A stretch of 64,000 bases of DNA from a virus (lineage: Duplodnaviria; Caudoviricetes): positions 1-64,000 of the IMG/VR virus record IMGVR_UViG_3300012665_000509; one strand, 5' to 3'. The translations under genes and the position numbers were made by a program. Of the stretch, positions 38,201 to 46,750 are shown in pieces. Under the pieces are notes generated by a model. The model was not told the origin of the DNA and did not search any database. It worked only from the letters and a program-made list of their open reading frames with translations. The stretch's first letter is position 1; the number at the start of each line of letters is the position of its first letter.

Positions 38201-40302
38201 TTGGCTTATTTGATGTTGTAAAAACTGGTAATACATATACAGTAACACTAAGCAGTGGCGGTAGCAACTATGTTGCCGGCGAAACATTATATATCGCAGG
38301 ATCAGCACTTGGCGGCTTGGCAGGTGGATCACCTGGATTTGCTAATGATATAACAATTAAGATTGTTACAGTAACTAGTGTTTCAAAAGCAATTACTAAC
38401 TTTACATGGACTGGATATGCTAGTGGCGGACGTTATGTTGCTATATCTGGCAACAGTACAGCAACGCAATATTCAACAAACGGACTTGTATGGGCTTCAG
38501 GCGGCGCATTGCCAGCAGGCACATATAGATCAGTTGTTTCTGGATTAGTTAGTAGCGTAAGCACACTTGTTGCTACCTCAAGCGCAACTAGTAACGTAAC
38601 AGCAAAATCAGTAGATGGCGGTACTACTTGGACAGCAGGCGGTACATTACCGCAAAGCCGTAACTGGGAATCAGTTGCTTACGGTAACGGAGTATTTGTC
38701 ACAGTCGCAAAAGGCACTGGAACAAATCCATCAACAGATTCTGCGTATTCAGTAAACGGCGGAACAGCATGGGTATCGGCCGCGTTACCAAACGCAGCCT
38801 GGACCGGTGTAGCGTTTGGTGCTGGAAAATTTGTAGCAATCGCAACTGGTACACAAACTAGTGCTTATTCAACAAGCAACGGACAAATTTGGTTAACTGC
38901 TCCGGTAGGATTACCGTCAACAGCAACTTGGTCAAGTATTACATATGGTAATAACAGATTCGTAGCTATTGGTGGATACGGTGCTAACTCAACTGCGTCA
39001 GCATACTCGTTAGACGGTATTACATGGTACGCAGGCGGAACTTTACCAGCTAACCAGCAGTGGTCTAGTGTGCATTACGGCCAAGGTGTGTTTATGGCAT
39101 CAGCAGACACTGGAGTTATTGCTACCAGTGAAGATGGTGTATTGTGGACAACACAGGCTCTAACAACAAGCGGAATATGGACTGGCGCTGTTGCGTTTGG
39201 TAATCCAAATTGGAATCCAGCCTGGGTTCAATTATCTTCAACTACTACTGCTAACAGAATTGTTACTGGTGCTAAGGCCAAAGGCCGCGCAAGAGTAACT
39301 GACAATAAGATTGTAGAGATTAGAATTACCGATCCAGGTAGCGGTTACACATCAACACCGCTTATGGCGATTGGCGATCCTAATAGAACACAAGTATTAA
39401 CATGGCAAGTTCGTACAGGCAAAGGCGCATTAGCTAACCCAACCTTTACTAACAGAGGAACATTATATAGTACTGCTACCGCAACATTAACTGGTAACGG
39501 TTACTCGGACTTGTATCAATACGGTACATACGTTAACGTTAAGAGTTTAACAGCTAACCCAACAGCGGGTTCTAACGTAGTATTTGATGGAGTAGCTGGA
39601 ATTTACAAACTAGTTAACGTGAGAAACTTTGTTGCGGACAACGGCACTTATGTTGCTAGATTCCAAGTAAGTCCTCCAATGTCAGTGTTTGCTAGCCCAG
39701 AACACGAAGCTAGCACAGTTATGCGTATTAGATACTCACAAGTACGTCTAACTGGACATGACTTATTAAGTATTGGTACTGGTAATTTCCAGACTACTAA
39801 CTATCCAGGATTACCACTTCAAGCCGCTGATCCGGCAAAAGAATTGGTAGAACGTGGAGGCGGTCGTGTGTTCTACACAAGTACTGACCAAGATGGTAAC
39901 TTTAGAGTAGGTACATTGTTCAGTATTGAACAGGCAACGGGTGTTGCGACTCTAAACGCAGATGCGTTTAACTTAGCAGGATTGAACGAACTAACACTAG
40001 GTTCAGTGGCCTTAGGCGGCGCTGGTGCTACAATTAGTGAGTTCTCAACAGATCCGTTCTTTACTGCTAATAGTGACGCAATCATACCAACACAACGAGC
40101 AATCAAGGCGTATATTAACAGTCAAATTGGTGGCGGTGGCTCCCAATTGAACGTAAATACATTAACGGCGGGCGTAATCTTTATCGCGAATAACTCGATA
40201 TCGACAACATCTGGAGTTCAAATTAACGTACCAAGTAAGATGAACTTCACAGGCGGCATTGACGGAAGTCCAGTCGCAATGAACTTCTTTTTACTAGGAT
40301 AA
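32215..40302 (+). CDS. giant tail appendage protein, paralogue of 26267-32140, with four CxRD helical repeats
   Basis: Same MAEFKLGRIRF start, 8 CBM-like repeats, beta-helix and propeller; CxRD Cys codons at 35212, 36067, 36541, 36946; late promoter CATAAATA 32180-32187. Confidence 0.75.
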   Translation: MAEFKLGRIRFIWKDVWTPNTTYIKDDIIRNGGKTYVCVIGHVSDANFYTDFDNIPTRWNQVADGSEWKGDWATGTFYKLNDLVKDGGRLYICNESHTSAGSISSVTVTGNLVAGATTVTGLSDTSQLLAGMSLAIQGGGGTVTVATDTIILSVDSPTQVTIDKALTGSSTASGATLVWTTSTAGQPAGGSSALDDDRSKWDLYITALDWKGDWAVYTRYRINDIVRYGGQSYVCNEEHVSATTLADGLEDDLAKWDIYSESFEWNQDWTPATRYKRNDVILYGGQSYVCNLGHTSAATYTLGLEADQSKWDYLHKGIEYKTGWDRGATITAKIDDGSGGAGDTLTVTAIAFGSLQPGQLLFGSGVIAGTYIVSQLTGTTGSTGTYLVSQDHTITSTTVTAKRRYKINDIVKWGADLWICTDNHSSDPANTFESDEDLGRWERFVEGLQFENSWDSSTIYQPGDVVTYGGFAYICDTNHSNKVPTQNPVDWQLFTTGFKFQNDYDISTAYKVGDVVRLSGYTYVAILDNVQVTINAINTTPTVTIGIVDYTNVITLSAPSTNLVAGLPITFTGTTFGGILDVDPISGLPKQYFVKQVISATQFNVSLELAGPEVVVTTANGTMALTTNPEPPCEGFWSRLNSGVKWIDQAVTNSAVTGTNLIGTGTGAKFDVVREGTYYSVTLAAGYLGTGYAANDTIKILGTSLGGVTPTNDLTITVASINAGAIDTITWSGTAVTWKIGTEYKQGDTVKWGVSTFLCVLRHVAEYDVGPPVTGNRPDIDLDGTYWNMLAAGAEAAVLTTKGDTLYFGGAGPTRLPIGQPGQVLKVLGDTPGWEYFGVVDHVYYVAPSGIDSPAPLYGITVDKPWKTVRYATEQIAKGPKNYNSKYLIENNRQFIQKEVTGWIASTYTVNIGSTIASTDGLRPNQIVLSSGTTVNLSVNMPIKVSADFGNMLAASTYYVKTIVSNTHFTVSATAGGVVFAQTTASGSITASLSYDAAKCERDVGYVVDALVYDLSHGGNSRSRKAALKYVNEAPLVYSKQQKVQTAAALNYALTVITNILNNTPPVTSYQNTVDQIIIPELVQDAVALPTLTTLTGVITSAILAGTATNIPAEQLTNYTINIKTGVFYEVLPITVPANVALVGDELRSTNIRPATSLVSISDAPYSLDGYTRLKAVIGDIVQGNAITPSAGNTLTQFTDGPVATSTEATTASSLVSQLRYTIDSKLNLLNDVTLTAPTDYNTAYLAGYGDARNLIVANTAFIQAELIQRITNNYPSLTYDRVKCARDIKFIIDALRYDLTYGGNVASLVAGNAYYAGVGGALQIGSSELAATIDAYTYLQSLVQDIAVNTSVVPLQTEVTQVPGPAGSALAALVAIDLVNNIITTINSGTAPATVLPATTWVASPLTTAQATLDAAKATIRSNTISWINSNYPTLVYDTVKCSRDVGYVIDALGYDFMFNANFQTYKAALAYGRLNAAVAVTSQKAATVAAWNYVKTQALANVGGDTTAQARITANMDMLISIVEASTFNGSNEPTSTQAAYDAARMLELNKDFLALEVTRYIAATYPSYTYDVEKCKRDVRTVVDAIKEDLVYVGNYKTRTAAIYYVNAVTGSEKSDMFYVRNGTGIRNMTLQGLSGYLSSPNAYGTKRPTAGSFTSLDPGWGPDDTSAWVTNKSCYVQNVTTFGTGCVGCKIDGTLHNGGNRSIVSNDFTQILSDGIGVWCTGTEALTELVSVFSYYGHMGYLAEDGGKIRATNGNSSYGTYGCVSEGVDITEVPITAVVDNRYNEASITNVITNNSQVWAVEYLNAGSYYDQATYTINGAGANATAVANEFRDDAVFEVRITDPTDSNDIGGLGYITSSNIAQGGNTTQITLAATDGNLSSAYVGMRIQITSGTGVGQYGYVNTYNNGSKIATILKESTGTAGWDHVIPGTPIASTLDLTTAYIVEPRISFGAPGYAATETTQVSGTWVDATYVSMNATYTAVAATGGSGTLGLFDVVKTGNTYTVTLSSGGSNYVAGETLYIAGSALGGLAGGSPGFANDITIKIVTVTSVSKAITNFTWTGYASGGRYVAISGNSTATQYSTNGLVWASGGALPAGTYRSVVSGLVSSVSTLVATSSATSNVTAKSVDGGTTWTAGGTLPQSRNWESVAYGNGVFVTVAKGTGTNPSTDSAYSVNGGTAWVSAALPNAAWTGVAFGAGKFVAIATGTQTSAYSTSNGQIWLTAPVGLPSTATWSSITYGNNRFVAIGGYGANSTASAYSLDGITWYAGGTLPANQQWSSVHYGQGVFMASADTGVIATSEDGVLWTTQALTTSGIWTGAVAFGNPNWNPAWVQLSSTTTANRIVTGAKAKGRARVTDNKIVEIRITDPGSGYTSTPLMAIGDPNRTQVLTWQVRTGKGALANPTFTNRGTLYSTATATLTGNGYSDLYQYGTYVNVKSLTANPTAGSNVVFDGVAGIYKLVNVRNFVADNGTYVARFQVSPPMSVFASPEHEASTVMRIRYSQVRLTGHDLLSIGTGNFQTTNYPGLPLQAADPAKELVERGGGRVFYTSTDQDGNFRVGTLFSIEQATGVATLNADAFNLAGLNELTLGSVALGGAGATISEFSTDPFFTANSDAIIPTQRAIKAYINSQIGGGGSQLNVNTLTAGVIFIANNSISTTSGVQINVPSKMNFTGGIDGSPVAMNFFLLG

Positions 40303-40316
40303 TGGAGAAATAAATT

Positions 40317-40637
40317 ATGGCAACAGGTAGATTAGGTACCGCGGATTTAGCGGCAGCAACTAATACAAGTGTATATACTGTACCAAGTACAACTTTTACA
40401 GTAGCTACAGTATCAATTTGTAATCGGAGTAATTCTCCAATTACGATTAGATTGGCGGTTTCGGCATCAGGAACTCCAACAGCAGATGAATGGTTAGAAT
40501 ATGACGTTGAAGTCATGGCTAAAGGTGTACTAGAACGTACAGGTTTAGTATGTGATGCAGCGAAGCAAATCGTAGTACGTAGCAGTAGTGCTAACGTTAG
40601 TGCGGTTGTATTCGGCATTGAAACATCTACAGTATAA
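40317..40637 (+). CDS. small beta-sandwich virion adaptor (paralogue 3 of 3)
   Basis: VYTVP...ATVSICNR; follows a gene ending AMNFFLLG. Confidence 0.6.
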   Translation: MATGRLGTADLAAATNTSVYTVPSTTFTVATVSICNRSNSPITIRLAVSASGTPTADEWLEYDVEVMAKGVLERTGLVCDAAKQIVVRSSSANVSAVVFGIETSTV

Positions 40638-40660
40638 ATATAACGATAGAGGAATTCCAA

Positions 40661-40984
40661 ATGGGACGATATATAACAACAACCGGAACGGCAGCTAACG
40701 TAGTTAGAACAATCAGTTCATCATATAATGCTTTAGTAAACGATCGCATTATTTGTACAGCTGGTGGGTTTACAATTACTTTGCCAGTTTCATCATCTTT
40801 AATCGATAATGATACAATTCAAATCATTGACGGTACAGGTGTGTCAGCTAGCAGTAACATTACTGTTGCTCGTAACGGTGCTAAGATACAAAATTTAAGC
40901 GAAGATCTAGTTATCAACGTGGCAAATGCTTGCGTTACACTAGTTTATTCGACTGCAATCGGTACGTGGTTAATTACAAGATAA
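40661..40984 (+). CDS. tail-fibre attachment/hinge-type domain protein
   Basis: YNALVNDRII...FTITLP...D.IQIID...ITVARNG.KI...EDL...TLVY...W pattern typical of T4-like fibre proximal domains; TATAAATA at 40633-40640. Confidence 0.55.
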   Translation: MGRYITTTGTAANVVRTISSSYNALVNDRIICTAGGFTITLPVSSSLIDNDTIQIIDGTGVSASSNITVARNGAKIQNLSEDLVINVANACVTLVYSTAIGTWLITR

Positions 40985-40994
40985 GGATACAAAC

Positions 40995-41750
40995 ATGTCT
41001 AACTTAAGAGACCTGTTGCCGATCACACCAATTACTGCCAATTATAAACAGATTCAAATCGCTGTTTTTAATGGTAATATTGAAAGCGCGAATAACGGCG
41101 GCAGATGTTGTTGCTGGGTTGTTCCGCAAGGTGCGTCGTGGGCAACATTTGAATTATGGAGCGCAGGCGGTGACGGCGCAGGAGCCTGTTGCTGTATGGG
41201 TCCATACTGGGGTCCAGGGGCCGGACAGTATGTAAAACGAGAATTACAAGTAACTGGCGGATGCTTCTTTACTGTATGTGCAGCTGGTTCAGGATGTTGT
41301 GCTCAACAATGTTGCGGAGTATGCGGAAACCCTAGTTGGGTTACTTGCGGTACCGGTGGCGGCATGTCAGCGTGTGCTGGCGGTGGACACATGGGGTGCG
41401 TATTGTGCTTTAGAACATACATGGGCTGTACTGGTATTTGTATACCTGCTTGTAGTTATGGATGTTATAACGTGGGCAATATGGCTATGCCATCAGTTGC
41501 TAGCGTAAACAAAACGTCAAACTACTGCTGGAGTAACATGTGGCAGGGTGCTCAAGGAACACCAAAACTTGGAAATAATTTCCGCCAAGGGTTAGAATAC
41601 TGTACTACACAATTAACACGTGATGGTTACTTTGGTATTGAAGGACCAAAATGGCCAGGTGGTCCAGGAAATAGTGCTACTGCTTGCGGTGGCGGATGTT
41701 GCTGGGGCGGTTATGGCGCCGGCGGACTAGTTTTAATTACATACGGTTAA
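40995..41750 (+). CDS. Cys/Gly-rich distal fibre/adhesin-like protein A
   Basis: W.VP.G..WA.FE.W.AGG.G, 26 Cys counted in 251 aa, ends GGYGAGGLVLITYG. Confidence 0.65.
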   Translation: MSNLRDLLPITPITANYKQIQIAVFNGNIESANNGGRCCCWVVPQGASWATFELWSAGGDGAGACCCMGPYWGPGAGQYVKRELQVTGGCFFTVCAAGSGCCAQQCCGVCGNPSWVTCGTGGGMSACAGGGHMGCVLCFRTYMGCTGICIPACSYGCYNVGNMAMPSVASVNKTSNYCWSNMWQGAQGTPKLGNNFRQGLEYCTTQLTRDGYFGIEGPKWPGGPGNSATACGGGCCWGGYGAGGLVLITYG

Positions 41751-41766
41751 TCAGGGGTTAAAGAAA

Positions 41767-42414
41767 ATGCCAGAAATTACAAGAATTGAAAAAACGTTTA
41801 CGTATGATATCGCTGATGCGTATCTACATCAAACAAATGCGTTAAACAGAACAGCAGAATGGACATATACTGGCCCAGACAAGTTGTATATGTTTATTGA
41901 CGCTACAACACTACGTCCAACTAGTAGATATCATCTTACTGATCGTGACAATGGTGCTGAAGTGCCTACGCCAGAAGGTATGATTAAAGTAATGGTGAAT
42001 GCCAATACACATCCTGAAATTGCTAGCTTACTTCACGAAGAAAAAATATACGGAGAGCTTCCTCATACAGTTGAAAATCTTCCGGACAATACAACATACG
42101 GCCATCCAGATCCTATTCCACCAGATCATACATATGAACTAACAGAATTAGAATACGATCTTGAAGCACAAGAATTTAAAAAGCCATATCCTTGGAAAAA
42201 GCCACACATGACGTGGGAAGAATTAATATTAGTTCGTAATGCCGATTTAAAATCTAGTGATACTAAATTGTTAATGGCACAAGAAGAAGACAAGGCAGCT
42301 TGGGAAACTTACAGACAAAAACTACGAGATCTACCTACTACATTTGCGGGTGTAGATCCTTGGAAAGTAACATTCCCACAATCTCCTGAAGTAGTACCAA
42401 CTCCGGGAGTATAA
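41767..42414 (+). CDS. tail fibre assembly chaperone-like (Tfa-type C-terminus)
   Basis: RNADLKSSD...AAWETYRQKLRDLP...VTFPQSP. Confidence 0.7.
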   Translation: MPEITRIEKTFTYDIADAYLHQTNALNRTAEWTYTGPDKLYMFIDATTLRPTSRYHLTDRDNGAEVPTPEGMIKVMVNANTHPEIASLLHEEKIYGELPHTVENLPDNTTYGHPDPIPPDHTYELTELEYDLEAQEFKKPYPWKKPHMTWEELILVRNADLKSSDTKLLMAQEEDKAAWETYRQKLRDLPTTFAGVDPWKVTFPQSPEVVPTPGV

Positions 42415-42416
42415 AA

Positions 42417-43169
42417 ATGGCTAACCTAAGAGATCTTTTTCCAGATAGTTCGCTGTTTCAAGCACAGCTACCTACCAACGTATTTGGCACGTTATATGTT
42501 TATAATACCAACGTTGGTAACGTAAATAATGGCGGCCAGTGCTGTCTATGGACAGTGCCCACTGGAGCTAAATGGGCAAGATTCGAAGTGTGGGGCGGCG
42601 GTGGCGACGGTGGTGGCGCATGTTGCTGTCAACAACCTTCAAAAGGTGGCGGTTCAGGATCGTATGCTCGTAGAACTATTCGAGTAGTACCTGGACAAAC
42701 TTATACATTATGCGCAGCCGGTTCAGGTTGCTGTTCACAAAATAACTGCGGCACCAACGGATTTAGTTCCTATGCTTGTAACGCCAGCGCAACATATCCA
42801 CTATGTTTATGTGCTTCAGGCGGCGAAGGCGGCTCATCATGCTGTTGGGCGGCTATTGGCGGTAACTATCACTGTGCTAGTAATGTATGTGGATCAACAT
42901 GTAACGCAGACTTTGCTATTTGCGGTATCCAAGGATCAGCACACCAAAGTTGGTGCGGATTTGACTCATGGCACTACGTAGCTCAAGGTCCGTATATCGG
43001 TGGCGGCATGAGACCAACGAGAACACATTGCGGTGAATACTGGATGGGTTGCGACTCGGTTGGCGGAAATATTTGGCCAGGTGGTGGCGGCGGAACTGCT
43101 ATTAGCTACGGCGGATGTTGCTGGGGTGGCTGGGGTGCCGGCGGCTTAGTAGTTGTTACATACAAATAA
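42417..43169 (+). CDS. Cys/Gly-rich distal fibre/adhesin-like protein B
   Basis: Paralogue of A; 23 Cys counted; ends GGWGAGGLVVVTYK. Confidence 0.65.
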   Translation: MANLRDLFPDSSLFQAQLPTNVFGTLYVYNTNVGNVNNGGQCCLWTVPTGAKWARFEVWGGGGDGGGACCCQQPSKGGGSGSYARRTIRVVPGQTYTLCAAGSGCCSQNNCGTNGFSSYACNASATYPLCLCASGGEGGSSCCWAAIGGNYHCASNVCGSTCNADFAICGIQGSAHQSWCGFDSWHYVAQGPYIGGGMRPTRTHCGEYWMGCDSVGGNIWPGGGGGTAISYGGCCWGGWGAGGLVVVTYK

Positions 43170-43178
43170 GGATATAGA

Positions 43179-43934
43179 ATGGCAAATTTAAGATCATTAG
43201 TTTATACATTAGCACCGCCCGATTCTGTTAACTTTCCTACTGAGTTTTTAGTTTATAACACCAACGTTAACTCACAAAATAACGGTGGCAGATGCTGTCA
43301 ATGGACTGTACCAGCTGGTACAACTTGGGTTAGTTTTGAGATGTGGGGTAGTGGTGGTGGTGGCGCAGGTTCGTGCTGTTGCCAACAAGGCTGGCCAGGT
43401 GGTAGTGGATCATATACTAGAAAAACAGTATGTTCTACAAACATGGGCGGATGTCAATATACAATATGCGCAGGCGGAACAACTCCAATGAGTCCAGTAT
43501 GCTTTGGATGCGCAGGAAATACTAGTTATGTTAACGGTTACGGTTTAAGTAACTTCTGTGCTAACGGCGGATCATACGGCGAAGTTCACTGCTTCCAATA
43601 TCAAGGTTGCTACACATGTTCAGTGCCATATCCAAACTGTTGCTGTGCTTACGGTGGCGATATTAACGTTCACGGAACACGTTCAACATACACATCATCA
43701 ACATGGTGTACACAATACGGTCAACAACAAGCTATGGTTGCTCCTAATACAGTATCTGGACCACAGTTAGGCCCAGGCGGTTGTATTAACGGATCTGCTA
43801 ACGGTAGCTGTACAGGTTGGTTCCCTTGCTCGTTCTTCCCAGGTGGTGGAGGGCACAGCGCACAAACACACGGCGGTAACTGCTGGTGCGGTACTTGGGG
43901 CGGCGGCGGCTTAGTATCAATTACGTACGGTTAA
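43179..43934 (+). CDS. Cys/Gly-rich distal fibre/adhesin-like protein C
   Basis: Paralogue of A and B; 23 Cys counted; ends GTWGGGGLVSITYG. Confidence 0.65.
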   Translation: MANLRSLVYTLAPPDSVNFPTEFLVYNTNVNSQNNGGRCCQWTVPAGTTWVSFEMWGSGGGGAGSCCCQQGWPGGSGSYTRKTVCSTNMGGCQYTICAGGTTPMSPVCFGCAGNTSYVNGYGLSNFCANGGSYGEVHCFQYQGCYTCSVPYPNCCCAYGGDINVHGTRSTYTSSTWCTQYGQQQAMVAPNTVSGPQLGPGGCINGSANGSCTGWFPCSFFPGGGGHSAQTHGGNCWCGTWGGGGLVSITYG

Positions 43935-43947
43935 TCAGGAATAGAAA

Positions 43948-44901
43948 ATGGAAGAAAAATCAAACAATATTATAGACGTGCCATTTATCTACGATGCGCC
44001 TGATGATTATTTGTCTCAAACAAATGAATTAGGCAAGACAGGTAATTGGGTATATAACGGCCCAGATAAAATTTGGGTATTTGTAAACAAAGAAGCACTA
44101 GTATACGAAGGTCGATTCTTAACAGAAAAAGAAGATGGGGCACATGTTCCAACTCCTTTACATCAGTACAAAGTTGAAATTGACTGCGCAAGCAATCCAT
44201 TACTATGTACAATTTTTGGCGCTGATCAAATTAGAGATTATAATCTTTTAGATCAGTACGAAGAAGTTATGCCCGACGGTACAACATATAGTAGACCGTT
44301 AACTCCTCCACCAGATCATACATATGACCTAGCGGAAATTAAGTATAATCCAAGAACTGGCGAGTTTACACAACCTTATCCGTGGAAGAAACCACACATG
44401 GATTGGGAACTTATGCGTTTATGGCGTAATAATCAATTAACAGCAACCGACGACCAGGGTAGAGTCCCTGACATGCCAGATAGTTTAAAAGCTACATGGG
44501 ATGAATATCGCCAAGCGTTACGTGATATGCCACAAATACATGGTGCTACCAACGTTAAAACTACTATTGACTTGACAGCAAGTTCACCAATCAATACAAC
44601 AGGCCAGTCAGTTATTAAAGTTGCCTCAGTAACAGGTATCAACGTTGGTGACGATGTGGGCATGACAGGGCATCCGGTAACAGATATATTTGGGCCAACT
44701 ACAACTGTAGTAAGTATCAATTCAGGAAGCAAAGAAATTACACTAGACAAACCACTAGTTTCTACTCCTGTTGATTCTAACAAGGCTATTACATTTAGTC
44801 CGCCACCGGCATTTGATGCTTGGAAAGTTAGTCCTCCTGCGCATCCTTTTGAAAGTGACCCAGGTCCTGCTATTCCAGCAGAACTGCGTAACAGAGTATA
44901 A
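43948..44901 (+). CDS. tail fibre assembly chaperone-like, with inserted beta module
   Basis: Paralogue of 41767-42414 (GPDK, PPDHTY.L.E, PYPWKKPHM.W, W..YRQ.LRD.P) plus an insert before AWKV. Confidence 0.7.
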   Translation: MEEKSNNIIDVPFIYDAPDDYLSQTNELGKTGNWVYNGPDKIWVFVNKEALVYEGRFLTEKEDGAHVPTPLHQYKVEIDCASNPLLCTIFGADQIRDYNLLDQYEEVMPDGTTYSRPLTPPPDHTYDLAEIKYNPRTGEFTQPYPWKKPHMDWELMRLWRNNQLTATDDQGRVPDMPDSLKATWDEYRQALRDMPQIHGATNVKTTIDLTASSPINTTGQSVIKVASVTGINVGDDVGMTGHPVTDIFGPTTTVVSINSGSKEITLDKPLVSTPVDSNKAITFSPPPAFDAWKVSPPAHPFESDPGPAIPAELRNRV

Positions 44902-44926
44902 AAAAAGCACCCTAGGGTGCTTTTTT
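44901..44926. terminator. bidirectional terminator
   Basis: Perfect 26-nt palindrome AAAAAAGCACCCTAGGGTGCTTTTTT between convergent operons. Confidence 0.9.
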
Positions 44927-44927
44927 A

Positions 44928-46748
44928 TTAGTTGGATATTTTAATTAACTTACCGTATTCTGGCAAGTATAAGTATTCAATATCGCTTTGTTGTAAGGTC
45001 CATAACGCATCAGATAATGTTTCTACTAATGGTTCACCGCCTAGATTAAAGCTAGTATTAAACAGTATAGGAACTCCTGTTTTCTTATAGAACGCATTGA
45101 TCAAATTATAATAGTTTTTATTTTGTTCTTGAGTAACTGTTTGAATACGACATGTACCGTCTACGTGAATAATACTAGGGATCTTTTCTTCAATACCTGG
45201 CTGACAGTTGACAGCGTACATCATGTAAGGACTGTCTTTCATGCCACGCAAGTCAAACCAATCATGTACATGCTCTTGTAGTATAGTACCAGCAAACGGA
45301 CGGAAGTATTCGCGATGTTTAACTTCATTAACAAAGTCCTTACCGTCTTCATATGTAGGATTAAACAAGATACTACGATTACCTAATGCTCTTGGCCCGT
45401 TCTCACTACGACCTTGGAAGAATGTAACAATATTTTTGTTTAATAATAACTCTACTACATCGTCATCAGTAGCATCAATAATTTCACCACCGTGGCTTGC
45501 TACACAATCGTTAATGTCTGAGTCACTATAATTATATTCAAAACCTAAATATAGTCCATCTTTAGTATAGTCGTTAGTGCTGTCTGGCATCATATCTTTG
45601 TAGAACATCAACGCCGCACCAATAGCAGTCCCAGCATCATTACTAATAGGTTCTACATATATTTCAATCCCGTCTTCTTTAAGACCGTCTAGGTAAAAAT
45701 AGTTAGCAACACAGTTTAATCCATATCCGCCACTAATAACTACCTTCTTATGTCCAGTCATTTCACTAGCTTTACGAATCAAACGCAACACTTGTTCTTG
45801 TGTTTCAGTTTGACAAGCATAAGCTAGATCTCGTCTGTTTTCTAAATGAGTAAGATCGTCAGCATCACCGTTGTTCAAGTAAGGAAACAAGCCAGCATTA
45901 ACTTGCGCACCATTTGGATATGTTGGCACAATGATATTTCTATTAGCTAGTGGAACTGTACTGCTATGGTCAAACAGTGGCGGAATTGCGTCACTAGCCT
46001 TACCATACGGAAATAATCCCATAGTCTTGCCTGCTTCGATTCCAGACCAGCCACAGTATTGAGTAACTGCTTCGTAAATTTTTGTAATGCCAGCTCTATC
46101 AGTTATCAATGCTTCGTGAAATTGTCCAACTTCGTCGTACAGTCCGCTGTCAAACTCAGCAATATGAACACCTTGATTTGGTCCACGCAGACCGATGTGC
46201 TTGTACATTGTTTTAAAATTAGCAGGGTATGAACAGTTATAAATGCTTTCAGTTTCCCAGCCTATTGTATTTTCTCCATTAATGACTAATGGTATAAATG
46301 TACCAGCACCGTCAACAATTAACGCAACAGCTTCATCAAATCCTGAACGATAAAACGCACAAGCGGCGTGTAATTTGTGATGAACGTGACTTAGATCAAC
46401 TACCTGTGGATGATCGTAACCGCTAGCTTTTCTGTCAATTAGACCTAATTTTCTTGCTAGTCCAGTGTAGACATCATCACCACTAAAGTCAACACGACCT
46501 GCAGTTTCTTTTAAATTTTGTGTATGAGCAATTACTAGGTAATCTAGTCTGTCAGTATATTCAAGAATTTTTAACATAGCGGCATACGGCCCGCCGTCAT
46601 ACTTGTGGCGACTTAATCGTTCTTCTTCAATTGAAAAAACAATCTCACCGTTTTTTAACAAACAGACACTACTGTTATGCCCACGGGCAAGTCCGGCAAT
46701 CCATATATCTTTTTTTGATTCGTTCATATTTGAAATTCTCTGTCTCAT
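44928..46748 (-). CDS. O-carbamoyltransferase (NodU/CmcH/TobZ family)
   Basis: EEERLSRHK, HHKLHA, IVDGAG, GKTMGL.PYG, SGGYGLNCVAN, NDAGTAIG, GPRALGNRSIL, KHREYFRPFA, HVDGTCRIQTV, NTSFN. Confidence 0.93.
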   Translation of the reverse strand: MRQRISNMNESKKDIWIAGLARGHNSSVCLLKNGEIVFSIEEERLSRHKYDGGPYAAMLKILEYTDRLDYLVIAHTQNLKETAGRVDFSGDDVYTGLARKLGLIDRKASGYDHPQVVDLSHVHHKLHAACAFYRSGFDEAVALIVDGAGTFIPLVINGENTIGWETESIYNCSYPANFKTMYKHIGLRGPNQGVHIAEFDSGLYDEVGQFHEALITDRAGITKIYEAVTQYCGWSGIEAGKTMGLFPYGKASDAIPPLFDHSSTVPLANRNIIVPTYPNGAQVNAGLFPYLNNGDADDLTHLENRRDLAYACQTETQEQVLRLIRKASEMTGHKKVVISGGYGLNCVANYFYLDGLKEDGIEIYVEPISNDAGTAIGAALMFYKDMMPDSTNDYTKDGLYLGFEYNYSDSDINDCVASHGGEIIDATDDDVVELLLNKNIVTFFQGRSENGPRALGNRSILFNPTYEDGKDFVNEVKHREYFRPFAGTILQEHVHDWFDLRGMKDSPYMMYAVNCQPGIEEKIPSIIHVDGTCRIQTVTQEQNKNYYNLINAFYKKTGVPILFNTSFNLGGEPLVETLSDALWTLQQSDIEYLYLPEYGKLIKISN

Positions 46749-46750
46749 GT

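Noticed and set aside
40995-44901. Diversity-generating retroelement acting on the adhesin paralogues
   Set aside because: No reverse transcriptase in the window and no near-identical TR/VR pair differing only at adenines was seen.
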